Below are positions 47,071-59,207 of a stretch of 64,000 nucleotides of DNA, piece after piece. Under the pieces are notes generated by a model. The model was not told the origin of the DNA. It did not search any database and worked only from the letters and a program-made list of their open reading frames with translations. Source of the DNA: Babesia bigemina (taxonomy: Eukaryota); NCBI RefSeq assembly GCF_000981445.1, contig NC_027217.1, positions 1,116,001 to 1,180,000 on the forward strand, given 5' to 3'. The first letter of the stretch is position 1. Every line of letters begins with the position of its first letter. Made by a program: the position numbers and the translations under genes.

Positions 47071-50000
47071 TTATTTCGTCAAGTTCAATTGAATGAAAGT
47101 CTTGGGCAGCGTTTCTGCTGTGGTCCTACTAACAACAGCACACACCTTGTGCCATTCGTTGGTACTCCTCATCTTACCGTACAATCTAGTGAAACAATCC
47201 ACACTTGCATCTAAAATGTCTTCTCGATATAGCTGTCTATCAGCGTCCGTTTCCCCCCTTATAACGCGATTTAAAGCAAGAAATCCCCTGCTATCTGCAG
47301 ACAAAGGTTTGTCGATACTACTGATCTTCCCTATTTTTTGACGTAATAACTCTTTATCTTCTAGCGTTCTTAGCACTTCTTCGATAGCATTTGGGACATT
47401 TTTAAAAACTTGCAGAGTTTCGTTGAAGTTAGGATCCGCATAAGACATGAATACGATATCACCGCATGTCGATAGATTGCAAAATACGCCATATGCACCC
47501 AAAGACATTCGTACTTGCCTCCACAGATAAGACGAAGTTAAGTAGTGCAACACCAAATCATCGGCGCCGCTGATGGGTTCTTCATTAAACAACGGGCCTC
47601 CCATACCCACAAAGTTCACTTTTGTAGGTGCAACAATAACCTCGTTATGACTACAATCATCTCCATTTTCTACAATCTCCGCAGCCCAGCTTTTCTGAGG
47701 TTCGACGTGATGTGGAGACACAAATATGCTTCTCAGCTGGCGTGATAAATTTCCACTATCTTGTTCTAACCACTGTTTGCTGATATCTGCGCTGGCTGTT
47801 ACGTTCACTATTAGGTTTTTCGACTGGAGAAGCTTTAACCTAATGTTTTCTAATTTTGTTTCTACACGGGACCAATCTGTTTCAGCTGTTGGGTGGATTT
47901 CTTTCTTCAATGTTTGCAGATATTCGTACCCACTAGATACTTCAGTGGCATAATCAGTAACCGAAAACCCCTTCATAAGTCTCCTGGAGGCAAACTTATG
48001 TCCCTCAGATATTAGATCTGTCTCCATTTGATTAATCTTGCGTCTGATTATTTCTAATCCTTTTTTCATGTTGCCGAAGTTGCTAGCTTTCAGAACGTCA
48101 ACGATAATATCAATCATGTCATTCTCCTTGCCTTTCAAAGCCTTAGATCTTACGTAGAGATATCCTAAAGCGCCCTGTCTTTTACTGTGTTTCCTTCCAT
48201 TAGCCGGTGGCATAAAGGCAAATGTTGCCGCAAACCCTCCCAAATTAGCTGAAATGCGATAGCTCAAATCTTCCGACGAAATTACGTATGTACCGGCTTC
48301 CTTCAACATGCTGCAGAATATATCCATGTACCGGATTTCGTCCAAAGTTAAATCCTCCAAAGATATGGCAAGGTCTAAATATATGATTCCCTGAGTTTCA
48401 ATGGGGTGACACAATACCATAATGTTTCCAGGTGCCATTGGGGGTTTTTCTACATATGTTAGCGAGCTACCTAATACATAGTAAGTAGTTGGTATTAACT
48501 CATTTTCTCTCTCAATATCATTTAACGATAAGGTTGGGAGGTTGTCAGAAATTTTACGATCTTCCGGCTCTTCACACTCACTTTTGAATCGGGAATATTC
48601 ACCTTCCATATGATCCACTTCTTTTCTACTCAATCTGCCTAAAGCTTTAAACAGCATGTGCCTTGTCGATTCGTTAGAGATCTTTTCGAATTCATTCGGA
48701 TTAATTGCTTCCATGTGAACTGTAACTTTGTGTTTGTTCTGTAAAAAGTGCCTTTCGACCAATTTGGGAAAATACAGTGGGTCTTTCATCAATCTTTCTT
48801 TCAGTTCGTTTATTATGCTATCAAAAAAAAGAGGTGCAAAGGGGTCTTTGCCATATTGTGATTGCGATTGCATAAGATTGACTAGCATTAGTCCTTTGGG
48901 GAATGAACCCGTGTTTAGCTCCCTCATTTGAAATTCAATGTAGTTCAGAGATGCATTTAAAGCCTCCTTTTTTATACCATCGTTTACAATCTTCTGGAAT
49001 GTGGACATTACAACTTCCTCAAATGTCAATCTGGCATTTTCCTTAGAATTAAACTTTTCGCAGTTAACTCCTGCTAAGCCTATGACGAAACTGGATTGTT
49101 TAAAATAATTCGTCAATCCTGATCCAACGACTTTATTACCCAACCCAGATTTTATTAGAGATTTGTACAGAAAGCTCTCTGATGTGCCCACTAGTAAATG
49201 TTCTAATACTTCCATGCCCAAAGCATCAACGGAGTCTATCTCAAATCTTCCTTTTGTTGTATCGTTCGCATTTGAATTGTCATGAGGGTCCAATAACCAA
49301 CCCGTTAGGAGTAAATCTTCTCCCTCGCACCCGGTGGCTCCAAATGTGCCATGGATGACACCATTTAATTCTTTGTAAAATTCTGAATACAGTTGACTAT
49401 TAGCTGTATCTATGGTTGCCGTGTGTAAATCGGATTTATATATTATTTTGCTTTCCTTTAAGAAATTATCCACAAAGTTTAACCGCTTAAGGACATCATC
49501 TGGACCATAAAAATAAATATTTGCCGTTTTGGGCCCATAATACGTTACATAGAAATCCACCAATTCCTTGTGATTTAGCCTTACTATATGTTCTGGGTCG
49601 CCGCCGGAGTCGAATCTATAGCTGTTTGTGTAGAGGCCTTGATAAATGTAATCTTGCGCCCTAGAAAGTGGGTCGGAGTACGCTTTTTTCATTTCACTAT
49701 ATACTATACCTCCATAACTGATATGCCTGTCATGTAATATTATGCCATGGTCTTCGTCAGAATGCGCCACTGGGTCATGTTTTGAAACTTTGTAATGCCA
49801 TGCCTCTTGTCGGAAGATTCTCGGATCATGTCTTACGTTCGGCTGGAAAACAGCGCTCATGTAGAAATCAGCTGTAATGTAAAAGTCTTTCTCATTGGTA
49901 GATGCAAACAAATACGATGTGCGATCTTTATATGTGAAGGCGTTAACAAAACTCTGGAAACCCCCTTGGAGAAGGATTGAGAATCCACCCTTATTAGGGT

Positions 50001-50589
50001 ATTTTTTTGAACCTTCCAACACTGCGTGTTCCAATATATGGGGGCATCCGCAATCGTTTGACGGCGGGGTGGGTATAATTATATCGAAACATATCTCCTT
50101 ACCGCTCGACGCATCAGTTGCCAAAGAAATAATGGAAATCCCCGTGATTTTATGCTTATAAATTACAGCAGCCACGCCCAACTCTGGAATAAATGCCTCT
50201 CTTATCTTTTCGTAAGCGTCGTGTTGTATTTTGAAGGCTTTCTGAGCCCATCCCGGTAGATTACCTGCGACTGTCATTGCATCTTTGGTTTGAACAAGAG
50301 ACATTGGCACCGGAACATGTGACTTTTTTTTGCACGTACGATTTGTAAATAGAAGACCTTCTGCGCTTGATGCGGTTTTTTTAAAACCTGTGTAACGCTT
50401 CAATAACGTACCATCTACTCTATATTCTCTGTCACTTGGAAGACAGATGCGCCTACCAGCGGTATGGAAGGCTCCTATGCCCACAGGTAGAATCAAACGA
50501 GCGTCACATATACTACTTATTATACCGGCGCTGGCTAATGAAAGCGCAATGTGTATCTTGTGGAAAGGTAAACTGCGTTGGGCAGACAT
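47071..50589 (-). CDS. FLN: Falcilysin / presequence protease (M16C zinc metalloprotease) with N-terminal targeting extension
   Basis: Inverted zinc motif HILEH in GCPHILEHAVLEGSKKYP, NAFTYKDRTSY, GIVYSEMK, SGGDP, LWRQVRMSLGAYG and FMSYADPN. First in-frame ATG at 50589, followed by a hydrophobic then basic leader. Confidence 0.93.
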   Translation of the reverse strand: MSAQRSLPFHKIHIALSLASAGIISSICDARLILPVGIGAFHTAGRRICLPSDREYRVDGTLLKRYTGFKKTASSAEGLLFTNRTCKKKSHVPVPMSLVQTKDAMTVAGNLPGWAQKAFKIQHDAYEKIREAFIPELGVAAVIYKHKITGISIISLATDASSGKEICFDIIIPTPPSNDCGCPHILEHAVLEGSKKYPNKGGFSILLQGGFQSFVNAFTYKDRTSYLFASTNEKDFYITADFYMSAVFQPNVRHDPRIFRQEAWHYKVSKHDPVAHSDEDHGIILHDRHISYGGIVYSEMKKAYSDPLSRAQDYIYQGLYTNSYRFDSGGDPEHIVRLNHKELVDFYVTYYGPKTANIYFYGPDDVLKRLNFVDNFLKESKIIYKSDLHTATIDTANSQLYSEFYKELNGVIHGTFGATGCEGEDLLLTGWLLDPHDNSNANDTTKGRFEIDSVDALGMEVLEHLLVGTSESFLYKSLIKSGLGNKVVGSGLTNYFKQSSFVIGLAGVNCEKFNSKENARLTFEEVVMSTFQKIVNDGIKKEALNASLNYIEFQMRELNTGSFPKGLMLVNLMQSQSQYGKDPFAPLFFDSIINELKERLMKDPLYFPKLVERHFLQNKHKVTVHMEAINPNEFEKISNESTRHMLFKALGRLSRKEVDHMEGEYSRFKSECEEPEDRKISDNLPTLSLNDIERENELIPTTYYVLGSSLTYVEKPPMAPGNIMVLCHPIETQGIIYLDLAISLEDLTLDEIRYMDIFCSMLKEAGTYVISSEDLSYRISANLGGFAATFAFMPPANGRKHSKRQGALGYLYVRSKALKGKENDMIDIIVDVLKASNFGNMKKGLEIIRRKINQMETDLISEGHKFASRRLMKGFSVTDYATEVSSGYEYLQTLKKEIHPTAETDWSRVETKLENIRLKLLQSKNLIVNVTASADISKQWLEQDSGNLSRQLRSIFVSPHHVEPQKSWAAEIVENGDDCSHNEVIVAPTKVNFVGMGGPLFNEEPISGADDLVLHYLTSSYLWRQVRMSLGAYGVFCNLSTCGDIVFMSYADPNFNETLQVFKNVPNAIEEVLRTLEDKELLRQKIGKISSIDKPLSADSRGFLALNRVIRGETDADRQLYREDILDASVDCFTRLYGKMRSTNEWHKVCAVVSRTTAETLPKTFIQLNLTK

Positions 50590-51677
50590 AGTTAAACGAG
50601 AACAACCGAATACAAGCAAATATGGCTATACATCGTCGTGGCAGCATCCCAATGAACGTAAAATATGTAGATTTAGTAGCTGCATTTTGTGAGGGATTCT
50701 GCCTCCCACACCCTGCAATTATGAGCGCGCTGACGCTAGCATGACATTAAAAGGTGTTAATAGTCAACAATGTACGATTCGCTTCATTGTAATATTTGTC
50801 AGTAGTCTGAAGATTAAACCATTTAAAGATCTATGCAAAAGCGGTCATTGAGTTCGGTGATGCTATACTATGAGTGTGATTTTCATACTGGCAAAATAAC
50901 CATCTTCTACACATATTAGAGCAGCGATCATAACAGCACTTTGCCTGAGGCAATAAGCGCATTTCCAAGGTATGCTATGGTGCGGCTTTAGCATATCACG
51001 GCAAAGTGGTGTGTACCTGGGAATGTAGCTTGAGCGTCAATGTCTTTTACTGATTTGAACTATGAGGTTTTACCATATAAAATTGTGAGATTATGCCATA
51101 AAATAAGTGCACTTAGTTGCTTGTTATAAGCCTTCATTTCCCAGGCACCGAATCGCAAATCTACCTGGACCCAATTCGCCTATGCCTGTCTGATGCTGTC
51201 TTATCGGTGTAACATGTTCAGCACGGATGTTGTATTGCGTTGCTTGTTCAACTGCCCTAGCACGTCTAAAACTTCAGTATATAAATGGTGTTCTGCGACG
51301 TCATAGTTGCCAAGATGCCCATTAATTAGCTTCCCGGTTTACGCGTTACTTGGAATATTCAGAAGAAATGCCTATATAAAGAAGCGAGGTATTAGACTCG
51401 TTTGTGTATGTAGGTTTTTCGCATATAAATCGCCGTTTACTTCTTTTAATATCACAAATACACATGACATGAGATATGCCAGCGATTGATTAATTGGTTG
51501 CCTGAGTCTCCTCATCAATCTGCCTGCAGTGTGCGAAGTGGTCACGTACGACTAACTTAGCTTGGAGTGCTTATTAAATCCTCAAGCCCGCCTTATATAG
51601 TGAGAAAGTCCGCAGAAATAATCTAGCAGCTGTGGAAATAGTGAAATGTTTATCCCATGTGCATTTCCACACGCCAT

Positions 51678-51753
51678 ATTCTGTGGCAGAATCGTAATCG
51701 ACTGAGCTCCATCTCCCTCATCACTCGAGGCATCGCTTCGAACTTCGGCGGTT
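51678..51753. repeat. 76-bp direct repeat, copy 2
   Basis: Same orientation as 41706-41781, offset 9,972 bp, one mismatch. Confidence 0.95.
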
Positions 51754-53249
51754 AGTTGAATTCTGATCCTTGCAAATACTTCATTAGGTTGTGCTTTTTC
51801 TTGAATTTATCTTAAGTTCGGTTGATTTATGTTTGCCCATTTTCAGTGTGATTATCGCGCTTTCCTGCAAGCACGCCACTCTATTTGGTATTTTAAAATT
51901 CAGTAGCTTTATTCATAGGACCCTGGTATCTGGGGCGTTCGTATATGCACCGCTGCTTTATATACGAGCATTTAGGAACAATGTAGGACAGTCCCATTCT
52001 TTACATAAATATGATGCGCTTGAAGGACCCAACGCGACACCTTTATTATACGTACAGAGGCCTCTAACACATTATTATGGTCATGAAGGTAATAAATAAC
52101 CTAAAACGTATCTTGTACGTGGTAGAGAGGAAAAACTTGTGGGCATCTGATACGTCATGCATAGGAGATGAAGTCAGATATGCTGAAACTACACCTACCA
52201 TCCGATGTATGATGTGGAATATAATAGGTTAAAGAGATTCCGTCACAATGCAACGATTGCTTAAATTGCGGAGAAAAGGAGCAATAAAACTGCTAAAGAA
52301 AACTTCGTGAAGCCCAACCACATGTTCTAATATAATTGGGTAATGTCCTTTATATGATCACAGATTGTTGGATAAGTGGAGCAAATTGCCAATCCTCCTC
52401 GCGTATCACACAACGAAGTACGCATGATGCCACGGGAGTTGTTACGATCGGTGTGACTAGTTTACTGTAATACTAACGATTATTTATCAAATAGAGCCAT
52501 ATAACCGCATGACGATGTATTTTAACAACACACCCTTAGCGACATTAAACTGACGCTAGTTCGTTACGATTATGCTGCGACACTAATCGTCCAAGTATTT
52601 TTAAATATGCCCTTAAGAAGTGCATCCTAATAATCACTGGGCCATATTTATGTACCAACTTCTGGTCTTGTCTTGTAGGTTGTTACACATTACCAAACGT
52701 GAGACAGTTGAAAGGACGGCTGGCGGTCAATAATATACTGCAATGTGAGTTATTTGTCATAGATTTACGAAAAGTCCTTGAGGTATCATTTGAACGTGGT
52801 TTTTGTGTTCTATTCTCCCGAGTATGTCGCTGAACCGAGTTATATAGGCCATTTTTACAGGTGTATAGTACACTACGAGAAATATATATTCCGCCTATGT
52901 ATTTAAGATTGGGTGCGTTACATTCTGCTGGTTATATCGCAACCTGCTTCTATGCCTTAGCGGGAGATCGGATAATACGATTGACTGTTTACGGCTCAAT
53001 TATACAATTTCACATCACACGCAGTCATCCTCCTGAAGACAAAAAAATGTCAATATTATCTACCCAACCGTAGGAACCATGTAGAAAACTCTCAGATCCC
53101 CAGCTAATTACTGGTTTTGACATGACCAATTCCTGATAGGTTTACAGAGAATGGTAACAGGTTGCGTGCCAATTATACGATGTCTCCGGTTACTGGTATG
53201 TTTTAAGCACGATGCATGAGGCTACTACTGGTTATCAACGCGCTTAAGA

Positions 53250-54950
53250 ATGTTTACTGATACCAATCTTCCTTTGGACTTCACGTATTGTCTTTGCTAT
53301 GGCGAATACGTAGATCCATCCGATAAATCGGCCCCTCTGATTTGTAGATCATGTGAGAAACTCAGCCATCGACACTGCACATGTTATGTGGGTCCAGATC
53401 ACGATTTCGAATGTTTTCTATGCCAGGTTCAAGTACTAGATCCTTTTAACGCTGTGGTTGAATTTTTGTGGTACGGTCGCATGGGAAACAAACACGAGAT
53501 TTTGAAAATTTCTGCTCCACAATTTGATAAGTGGTTGGCACAAAATAGGGACGTATACGTTGTATCACTGCCGCTATCTAAGAATAAACTTGTTCACGAG
53601 TGGCCAAAGACTTTCGAATTAAGAATCAACAATGAACTCGTGCATGTAGTTAAGGCACCAAATTGGGGACACACTAGAAGAGACAACCCTATAAAGGTAA
53701 CTTACGCAATGCATACAGGTGACAACATGTTAGAATTATCTAGCACTACGTACGATGACCCAGTGTCGTTTTTCTTAATCGTAATAATGGTTTCAAAGAG
53801 AATTTCCGTTGAAAGGATTATTGAGACAATTAAAAAAAGGCGAACTATTACGGTTTTCGAATCGAAGCGCAGAATATTGGAGTTTCTAAATACACATTTC
53901 GAGGACGACGATGTAATATGCGTCAAAAACAATAGGGTTGAATTAAATTGCCCGCTTACGTTGGATAGAATTGAGTTGCCAACGCGGGGGAAACTCTGCA
54001 AGCATATACAATGTTTTGACTTGAGTGCTTACCTTCAGGTTATGCAAAATATGTCCACATTCAATAAGCGGTGGAAGTGTCCAGAATGCCCATTAACAGT
54101 GAAGCCGATGGATTTGGTAATCGATGGTTATATGCTTGAAATCTTAAAGTCTACTCCACAAGGAGCGTCCACAGTGGAGTTGAATGAAACGGGAGATTAC
54201 AGGGTAGTCAATTGTTCTAGCATGTGCAAATATGTAAAAGGCCCCGCTGAGTTGGGCAAAACAAAAAACAGGGATTGTGCAACAATACAAGGCGATAGCA
54301 GCACATTTAACAACGATCACGTCTCATCTGATAGCGGAATTGGAGAGTTACATACACATTTTGGCTCAAAACGAAGCGGAACTGACGATGTTTTCGTAAA
54401 GGTAGAAGGCGGCATAAATGTAGGTTATATTATTAACTCGGACATGAGTGACCTGTTTTCTGCCAATACATCAACTGAATGCACACCTAAAGAGCTGTTG
54501 ATTTGTCTGGAATCCTCTGATGGGGAAGAATATTCTAAAAACGGCGCGCAACGGCGGGTGGAAAGTCAGCAACCCACGTGTGATAAACGTGACGAGAATC
54601 TGTGCGACGCGTTTTCTCAAGCAAACTCAAACGCTTTAGGTAAATACGCAAGTGAGGTTGCGAGCGGAAATAAATCGTCTAGAGGACAACTACAGGCGTA
54701 CGGATGCCCAAAGTCTACCCTGTCACAAAGGCTCAGCAATCTGCCGCAAATAGCGGGCGACGCCCACATCACTAAAAGCATAAAACGCATTACAACCGAC
54801 ACATATGCGAGTCAATCGTTTATGCCTGTATCGCCCTCCACAGGTAGCGCTGTGACTGCAAAAACATGCGAACATCCGGCATTGATGAAACGGTCTAAAC
54901 AAAAAACTGCGCTGGATATTAGTGCGCTGAGGTTTGGTTTTTTTCGTTAA
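53250..54950 (+). CDS. SUMO E3 ligase, PIAS/SIZ family (PHD finger plus SP-RING/MIZ)
   Basis: PHD YCLC..CRSCEKLSHRHC..CFLC; SP-RING LNCPLTLDRIELPTRGKLCKHIQCFD..WKCPEC..LVIDGY; SIM-like EDDDVICV. Unresolved upstream exons are possible. Confidence 0.9.
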   Translation: MFTDTNLPLDFTYCLCYGEYVDPSDKSAPLICRSCEKLSHRHCTCYVGPDHDFECFLCQVQVLDPFNAVVEFLWYGRMGNKHEILKISAPQFDKWLAQNRDVYVVSLPLSKNKLVHEWPKTFELRINNELVHVVKAPNWGHTRRDNPIKVTYAMHTGDNMLELSSTTYDDPVSFFLIVIMVSKRISVERIIETIKKRRTITVFESKRRILEFLNTHFEDDDVICVKNNRVELNCPLTLDRIELPTRGKLCKHIQCFDLSAYLQVMQNMSTFNKRWKCPECPLTVKPMDLVIDGYMLEILKSTPQGASTVELNETGDYRVVNCSSMCKYVKGPAELGKTKNRDCATIQGDSSTFNNDHVSSDSGIGELHTHFGSKRSGTDDVFVKVEGGINVGYIINSDMSDLFSANTSTECTPKELLICLESSDGEEYSKNGAQRRVESQQPTCDKRDENLCDAFSQANSNALGKYASEVASGNKSSRGQLQAYGCPKSTLSQRLSNLPQIAGDAHITKSIKRITTDTYASQSFMPVSPSTGSAVTAKTCEHPALMKRSKQKTALDISALRFGFFR

Positions 54951-55093
54951 TATGGTTGGTCCTATACTTCTCATGCCTGTGAGGGGCAATTAGATGTTTT
55001 AATGCTTCCCCTTCAGCGTTTTATACGCTTTGAGTGGATCCACATATTTGGCAAACATACGCGAACCTATAACAGCAATTAAGTAGCGTACAT

Positions 55094-57839
55094 TCAACGA
55101 CATACCGTTCTATTGTTGCTACCTTGTAATAATGCCGTTATTTTTATAGGTATGGGGTATACCGTAGGTATTTCATGTGTTATATGAAGTTTGACCGTGA
55201 TGGCGCATCCTTGCTTGTATTGGCTTCTAAATGACTGGGACAAAATCCCCTTTCGTCGTCCCATTTCCATCACAGTAGGACCACGAATCCTGACTAACAT
55301 ATCAGCGTCCCGTATATTCGTCTGGACGCTTCTCACAACCAGAGCACCTGTGTGGGACGGGAATGCTATGCAGTCAACATCATCGATCGCCTCTAATTCG
55401 TCAGTCCAAAGTTGTGAAAGGTTGCCATAGTAGGAAAATACGGCATGGGCTCTGAATATGTTTGATCGTTTCGTCTTCATTTTTAAGGACTCATCCTGAC
55501 GGATTTTGCATTCCGCATCTTTCACTAAATTATACGCTGAACACGATACGCGGTCGTAGACACTTTTAACCGTTCGCTTATGTTTCGACGACATTATAAT
55601 CCGATCTGTAGTGCAATCAACGCATTGGCATTTTTTTCCTGTATCTGAGTTTGTCCCTATCTTGACCTCGTTTTGTATTGCATCGATGGCCTTTTGTATT
55701 TTGAGGATTCGACATATACGTCTTAAGTGGTGAAGATGTAGGTAGACAACTTTCCCCTTTAAACAATCGATATTTACGGCATCTTTGCTAAAACGTAAGA
55801 AATCGGAATATATTTTGCCACTATCGGCGAGCGTGCTTGTCTCAGAGGGAGTCATTTTAATATTTACAATCTCGGGAAATCTCATGGAAGCCTCGCTACG
55901 TAACAGAGCATGTATAAAATGTACTGTTGAACCACAACCTTGTGACTTTCCCAGAATAATGCCAATCCAGTGCGCAGCGGAGCAATGTAAATTCTTCGCA
56001 AATGGAAATGTGATATCGGATGGTCCTATGCAAATGATTTTTTGTCCAAGGTTAGCAAGCGTTTTTAATATCTCTGGCCATTCTACCTGCGCAAATCGTA
56101 TCTCGGTCTCATTGTTAAAAATGGAGCTGGTGACGCATTGGATGTTCATAGATTTGGTCTCATTATTTTTTTTTGGTTCGGATAAATTATTAAGGACACT
56201 AAGCGTAGTTGCCTTTCCTTTCGGAGTAAAATAACAGTTGCCTATAAACCTTATTATATCAGTTCTGATGCGCACGCCACTACCTTTAAGTGTAAGATTG
56301 GATATTCGCCGTACAGCGCCATCTTTAAGTGGATACAAATGGGAAATAGCTGTAAGAACTCCCATGGCATTTTTTAGGGTTACTGCATCACTGACACAAT
56401 CGGTAACCAGAGACATCACATGTTGCCGGTCCTTTTCGCCCAACCTTATAGTAACAACTACATGCCTAATGATGCGAATTGCCGTGTTCCTTACGTCACC
56501 ACTATTGTCCTCTAGCAGTGAAAGCAGCCAGTACTTCGCATTGCCCCATATGTATTGGATTTCATCGCCAATAGTTATCCCATCCCCAACGGTTTTTGTA
56601 TGGTGTTGTTTCGTTTGCATGGATGACACGGCTCTTGCTACCTCATCGAGTCCATACTTAGAAGCGGCCACATATCCTACAGGGAACTGTCGCTTCGTAC
56701 AACCTACAATAACAGCAATATATGCTATTGTATATGTTATCTTTCTTATGAACTCCAGAGACAGTGCACCCTCTATCCCTATTTGCGGGCTAGTAATGCC
56801 TAATGCTTTCTGTAATTGGAATAGGAACAACGAAGACGGTTGGAAGTCCTCATATCGAAGATAATCGATCAGCATCAAGTTAAACAGCTCTATCGATCTT
56901 TCATGTGTATCGGTGTCACCATGTAATGCCTCTCCTGTGGGCTCCAAAACAATTGGGTAGATAGGCAACAGGGCCATTAAAATGTAGAACACAGACCTAA
57001 CGGCAGATAGTCTGACGACAACCTCAGGATTATCTGCCACACTGCAACACTTTAGTAAGGTAGAATGAACCAAAGCCTGGAAGAGCAAAACAAGACTTTT
57101 GTGCTCCTCTACTTCCAGCGTACAGTCGACGACGTGTGGTATTATCGTAATTAACATATCCACGGAGTAAGGTGCAGCCTCTAGAATCCACTTCAATCCA
57201 TCATAGCTATCGGTATTAAGCATGCGTGCATGGAGAGCTGTTATAACACTAAATTGCTCAGAGAAGACCTCAATGATCATCCGCACAACAGCATTTTCTT
57301 TGTCTGATTTTATTAGAAGCGTGTATGTGGATGCCAAAACGCAAGTAGTTTGATGGCATCCCTTGATAATTTTCAAAACTCTATCAACCAGATTTGGGAT
57401 AGCTGCCCTTACGCCAATAAGGGTCGTTAGCAATCTCAGACGTTTTACATGCTTTTTGATGGAGTATATACACCTTTCTAGATCAACTAAATTATCTGCA
57501 GTGTATATATGTGTTTCAGATGGACTTACCAATCTTTGTTCCAATTACACCAATCTCGGACATAAAAGCGGCATTTTTTTCATCGATTTCGCCCTCCTCC
57601 AAAGAAATAGCCGTGACATCGCTGCTGCTGACAGACGATATGGAATCGTCACTTCGTGACACTTTTGAAAATCCACTTGAAGAGGATGATACCTCTGACA
57701 GGTGGCACGCAGAACCCGGCTGTGGCCCCCATAAATACGCATAGGGGGGGCTTATCAAGACAGGATTACGTGTTCTAGAGTCCTTACCCTTTCTACGTTT
57801 CCGAACATCCCAAAAGGCGTCTTCTAAATTCCGCCTCAT
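55094..57839 (-). CDS. HEAT/ARM-repeat protein (possible Integrator subunit 4 / SIEL-like)
   Basis: Exon 57839-57530 joins 57495-55094 over a 34-bp GT-AG intron. HEAT-like LLSLLEDNSGDVRNTAIRII. Confidence 0.75.
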
Positions 57840-58819
57840 AGTTCTGTTGTCTAAAGATATGAAGTGTTTTTTGTCCCCATTATAACCCTATATGCAGAGT
57901 TTCGATTGTTTATACACAAACAATGCTGCGCGCCAAAGAAGTGAGACGAATCCTATATGTAACACCGTGTACAACGAAATGTGCATAGGCTAACAACCGA
58001 TTTTATATCCGCTCTCTACACTTGTTCAAAAGTTAAATGATACGATCCGCCTTGTAGTTTACGTCTTCGACGGCTTAGAAGTCATTCACGGCTTGATCGT
58101 ATGCTAGGTAAATATATACGCATCCGTATGCATCTCTACACTATCTTCTATTTTTGGTTAGTATAAGCGTCCAACAAACCATGCTAGCTTTGAAATGTGT
58201 GCCGCTTTCGCGTTTAGTATCATTGGAAACGAATCAGCAGTACAATGTTTTGTTTTATTAATTCACGCGATAACACAGAGGAATGGTGTACGCACTTCGG
58301 CGAAGTACCGTGTTCATGATTATAAATGATATTGCGCCGAATTATTCAGGAGCCCCTACATTACTTTGTAATTTTCTCCGTGTACCAATATATTCACAAT
58401 ATACCCAATTTTCGTCCTGGCTAAATACGCGAACGCATGGGTTGTAGAGTGAACATTCACTGTAAAATTAATGGATCATATAATGTTTAACATCGGCATA
58501 TTGCGTACATGGGTAACTTGCGTATTAGCTATTAGGCAAATATATGTGTTGATTATATATTAGACATGGCATTAAATCGAACACATTCACGCGCAAAATG
58601 GGAGGTTGCGTTAAGCAAGGTCGCTGACGTCATTTTTACACGAACTATCCGGGATACATTTTTGTTCATTCTTTTTAATATAATACGTCGCCGAGATTAA
58701 CAAAAAAATGCAACCTTTATGCAGAATGGTAACTCTTTGGCCGTCTGATAAATATCTTGGGCTGTGCATAGTTACAGTGAAACAATGATGGGCCTACAGC
58801 CTATAACTAATAACGCATA

Positions 58820-58821
<2 letters not shown>

Positions 58822-58856
<35 letters not shown>
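58822..58856. repeat. (AT)17 microsatellite
   Basis: Perfect alternating AT run of 35 bp in the divergent intergenic region. Confidence 0.97.
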
Positions 58857-58859
<3 letters not shown>

Positions 58860-59207
58860 GGCTATATCGGGAATGCGTCTTTATTTGGTCAACCTGCTTG
58901 GTGTGTCTAGCGATTCTAATTGTCTGTGTGTAGCGATTCTCAACACGATAACCTCTCTGTGGTTAAACTATTATTTCAAACAGGTAGTGATGAAGTCGCT
59001 TTACTTGCCAGTGTCTGGTCGATGCCTCATTTAGGACTGTTTACCTGATATTTCGAGGAACATTCTCACTACATTGGATGCGCTTTCGTCCGCGTAGCCG
59101 TCATATCTTTGCGCGTTCCTTTGGTACACGTAATTAACATATAAAACTACTAATATAATGATCGCATTAGCCGTAAGTGGCACTTCACGAATACAGCCGA
59201 AACCGGA

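Noticed and set aside
51598..51760. GAGAAAGTCC as the RNase P/MRP conserved region I
   Set aside because: No matching CR-V / P4 partner strand was found downstream.
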